The position numbers and the translations under genes are program-made. The notes under the pieces are model-generated. The model saw only the letters and a list, made by a program, of their open reading frames with translations, was not told the origin of the DNA and ran no database searches. From Candidatus Iainarchaeum sp. (lineage in GTDB: Archaea > Iainarchaeota > Iainarchaeia > Iainarchaeales > VGJJ01): 32,000 nucleotides of DNA. Below are positions 31,544-32,000 of the stretch, one piece after another (within the stretch, counting starts at the first letter, position 1; every line of letters starts with the position of its first letter). The DNA lies in assembly GCA_030688545.1 (NCBI GenBank), contig JAUYHT010000001.1:30001-62000 (forward strand). Direction: 5' to 3'.

Positions 31544-32000
31544 ATGGCGCTTCGAATCAAAACTATTGCCGGAAAGCCCTATTATTATCTTCATCTGAGC
31601 TATTTTATTCAAAGTAAGTCCAAAAGTTTCAGCAAGTACGTCGGAACCGAAAAACCCACGCAAAACAATCTCACAAAATTAGAAGGTTCATTCCGGGATG
31701 AAATCATCGAAAAACTGGGAAAACAACTCTTTGCGAATGAAAACATTTCAAAGGACGATGTCATCAAGACGTTCCTTTTCCGTGACGCATTCAATGAGAA
31801 ATACAAAAAACTCTCACCGGTTGAACGAAAAAATTTCGAAGTCAACCGCACCATCCTTTTTACTTTAACCACACTTACAACTGAAGACGTGGACGTGGAT
31901 TTGAACGACGTGATGGCAGCCTACCAAAAAGAGGCAAAACTGGATGCGCGTGAAACAATCAGCAAAAACATGCTCGAAGGGGTAGCTAAAATCAAAGAGT
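31544..32000 (+). CDS. Fic-family-like protein, N-terminal part (runs off the right window edge)
   Basis: It is not in the ORF track because it has no stop in the window. My translation is MALRIKTIAGKPYYYLHLSYFIQSKSKSFSKYVGTEKP...NFEVNRTILFTLTTLTTEDVDVDLNDVMAAY...ISKNMLEGVAKIKE. The G-x-YYYL...KY(V/L)G opening, followed by the helical region that precedes the Fic core, matches my recollection of archaeal Fic proteins. The HxFx(D/E)GNGR motif itself would lie outside the window. Confidence 0.4.
   Translation, partial: MALRIKTIAGKPYYYLHLSYFIQSKSKSFSKYVGTEKPTQNNLTKLEGSFRDEIIEKLGKQLFANENISKDDVIKTFLFRDAFNEKYKKLSPVERKNFEVNRTILFTLTTLTTEDVDVDLNDVMAAYQKEAKLDARETISKNMLEGVAKIKE

Noticed and set aside
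31436-31560. A complete, possibly intron-containing tRNA gene on the minus strand.
   Set aside because: No 5-prime acceptor strand complementary to TCGGGGC is present and there is no D arm. The only AGGCA that could pair with the anticodon-stem strand is followed by GATAAAG, which lacks U33. I could not fold a full cloverleaf, so it is reported as a fragment or half only.

Overview
I read this window as a dense, mostly housekeeping archaeal chromosome segment. RadA carries an HhH N-domain, TATA boxes sit about 25-28 nt upstream of at least ten ATGs (implying leaderless mRNAs), and GGAGG/GGTGA Shine-Dalgarno sites occur inside operons. A class II LysRS, a short TGT and a bacterial-type sufS-sufU pair give it a small-genome, DPANN-like flavour. 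From left to right the window holds: lysS (partial); a KaiC-like ATPase; three thiol-disulfide oxidoreductases; an M42 peptidase-aminotransferase operon facing an aldehyde dehydrogenase; a Calx-beta/FN3 surface protein; a translationally coupled padR-sufB-sufD-sufS-sufU-sufC-DUF59 operon; malic enzyme; a membrane-tethered wHTH protein; trxB; a short Glu/Leu/Phe/Val-type dehydrogenase; tgt; a CBS protein with an HPF-like tail; an FNR-like reductase; and a COG3323-like protein. An accessory-looking stretch at 24.4-27.4 kb follows, with a tandem hairpin array and three very divergent paralogues of a basic protein family I cannot recognise. After it comes radA, interrupted at the P-loop by a 511-aa LAGLIDADG intein. 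The window ends in a low-GC region (about 42 percent by hand count) containing a DHH/DHHA2 phosphoesterase bracketed by a 15-bp direct repeat, an orphan tRNA 3-prime fragment, a palindromic operator and a partial Fic-like gene. Every call rests on my own reading of translated motifs and of the DNA, because no database search or folding program was available.
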